A stretch of 63,259 nt of DNA, the filler included, from Bigelowiella natans CCMP2755 (lineage: Eukaryota; Protista; Cercozoa), in NCBI GenBank assembly GCA_000320545.1. It is 12 parts of 12 records of this genome, joined end to end, with 100 filler letters (N's around TTAATTAATTAA, not from the genome) between each part and the next. Parts side by side here need not be neighbours in the genome. Positions count along the whole stretch, not along the records: positions 61,112 to 63,259 come from ADNK01001224.1; 11 more parts are not named here. One strand, written 5' to 3'. Each line of letters begins with the position of its first letter. Position 1 is the first letter of the stretch. This document shows, piece by piece, positions 62,799 through 63,259 of the stretch. The notes under the pieces are model-generated. The model had not been told where the DNA came from and ran no database searches. It saw only the letters and a program-made list of their open reading frames with translations. The position numbers and the translations under genes are program-made.

Positions 62799-63071
62799 CA
62801 TCGGCCGCCATCGAGCCCCCTTCGTTCTGTTTCGCTCCTTCTGGCAGTGTACGCACTTTTCAATCGCTTCAAAATACTTCATCCGTCGTCGTCGTCCCCC
62901 CTTGGGCTTCGCGCTTTGCTCCGACGGATCCTTCGGCTCGTATTCTCTGTGATGGGGAGGCGGCCATGTGGGAGGGGATGAACAAGAAGCCAGGCTGAAG
63001 AGCAGGCCAGCGAGGCAAGCTATCACGCGTTTGGGGCGCACGTTCGTCTGTGGGGGAGAGGAGGTGGCCAT
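61310..63071 (-). CDS. Unidentified multi-exon acidic protein (partial)
   Basis: Minus-strand exon-like blocks separated by microsatellite introns: MATSSPPQTNVRPKRVIACLAGLLFSLASC; IPPDLLSDEEPLHMSEDSDTENPY; RPRLERILDPKDFE; VLDAGRPDHQDALRNVDAD; LENEWEDNEAADLDEFDP. Confidence 0.5.
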
Positions 63072-63259
63072 GCCGTTTCGATAGCCGGCCTTTTCACAGT
63101 GGATGGCACCTAGTGTGCATTCTTGCGATTTGCTGATTCCTCTCCCGCCGCCCGACTAACAGCACTTGAGCGAGCAGGAAGATCCCGAGGTAGCTGCCCC
63201 CCACCCTTCCAACATGAGGATTATGGTGCGGTGTGAGTTGGGGGGATGGGGAGACAAAA

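Overview
Eukaryotic nuclear DNA. The window is 12 separate contigs joined by artificial 100-bp N...TTAATTAATTAA...N spacers, so adjacency across a spacer means nothing. Genes are rich in GT-AG introns filled with microsatellites, and one contig ends in a (TTAGGG)n telomere. The source is probably a protist or alga; I cannot name the taxon from sequence alone. Recognisable genes or fragments: VPS35 3' end, a ~12.5-kb NHL/REJ/GPS polycystin-like receptor, a HECT E3 ligase, an ABCC transporter, a FIBP homologue, a tandem SKICH-like protein, a PDZ+FKBP protein, a PARP catalytic fragment and a prolyl 4-hydroxylase fragment. There are two apparently identical partial copies of a Ty3/Gypsy LTR retrotransposon with 326-bp LTRs. 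Three observations stand out. (1) The integrase ends in a DIRS/phage-Dam-like N6-adenine methyltransferase-fold domain where a chromodomain would normally sit. (2) Subtelomeric and 3'-intergenic tracts are almost free of TpA while keeping CpG, or concentrate their TpA in CTAG, which suggests a localized TpA->TpG/CpA mutational process opposite in direction to RIP. (3) Both retroelement insertion flanks lie in such tracts. All domain calls and counts were made by eye; exon boundaries are approximate.
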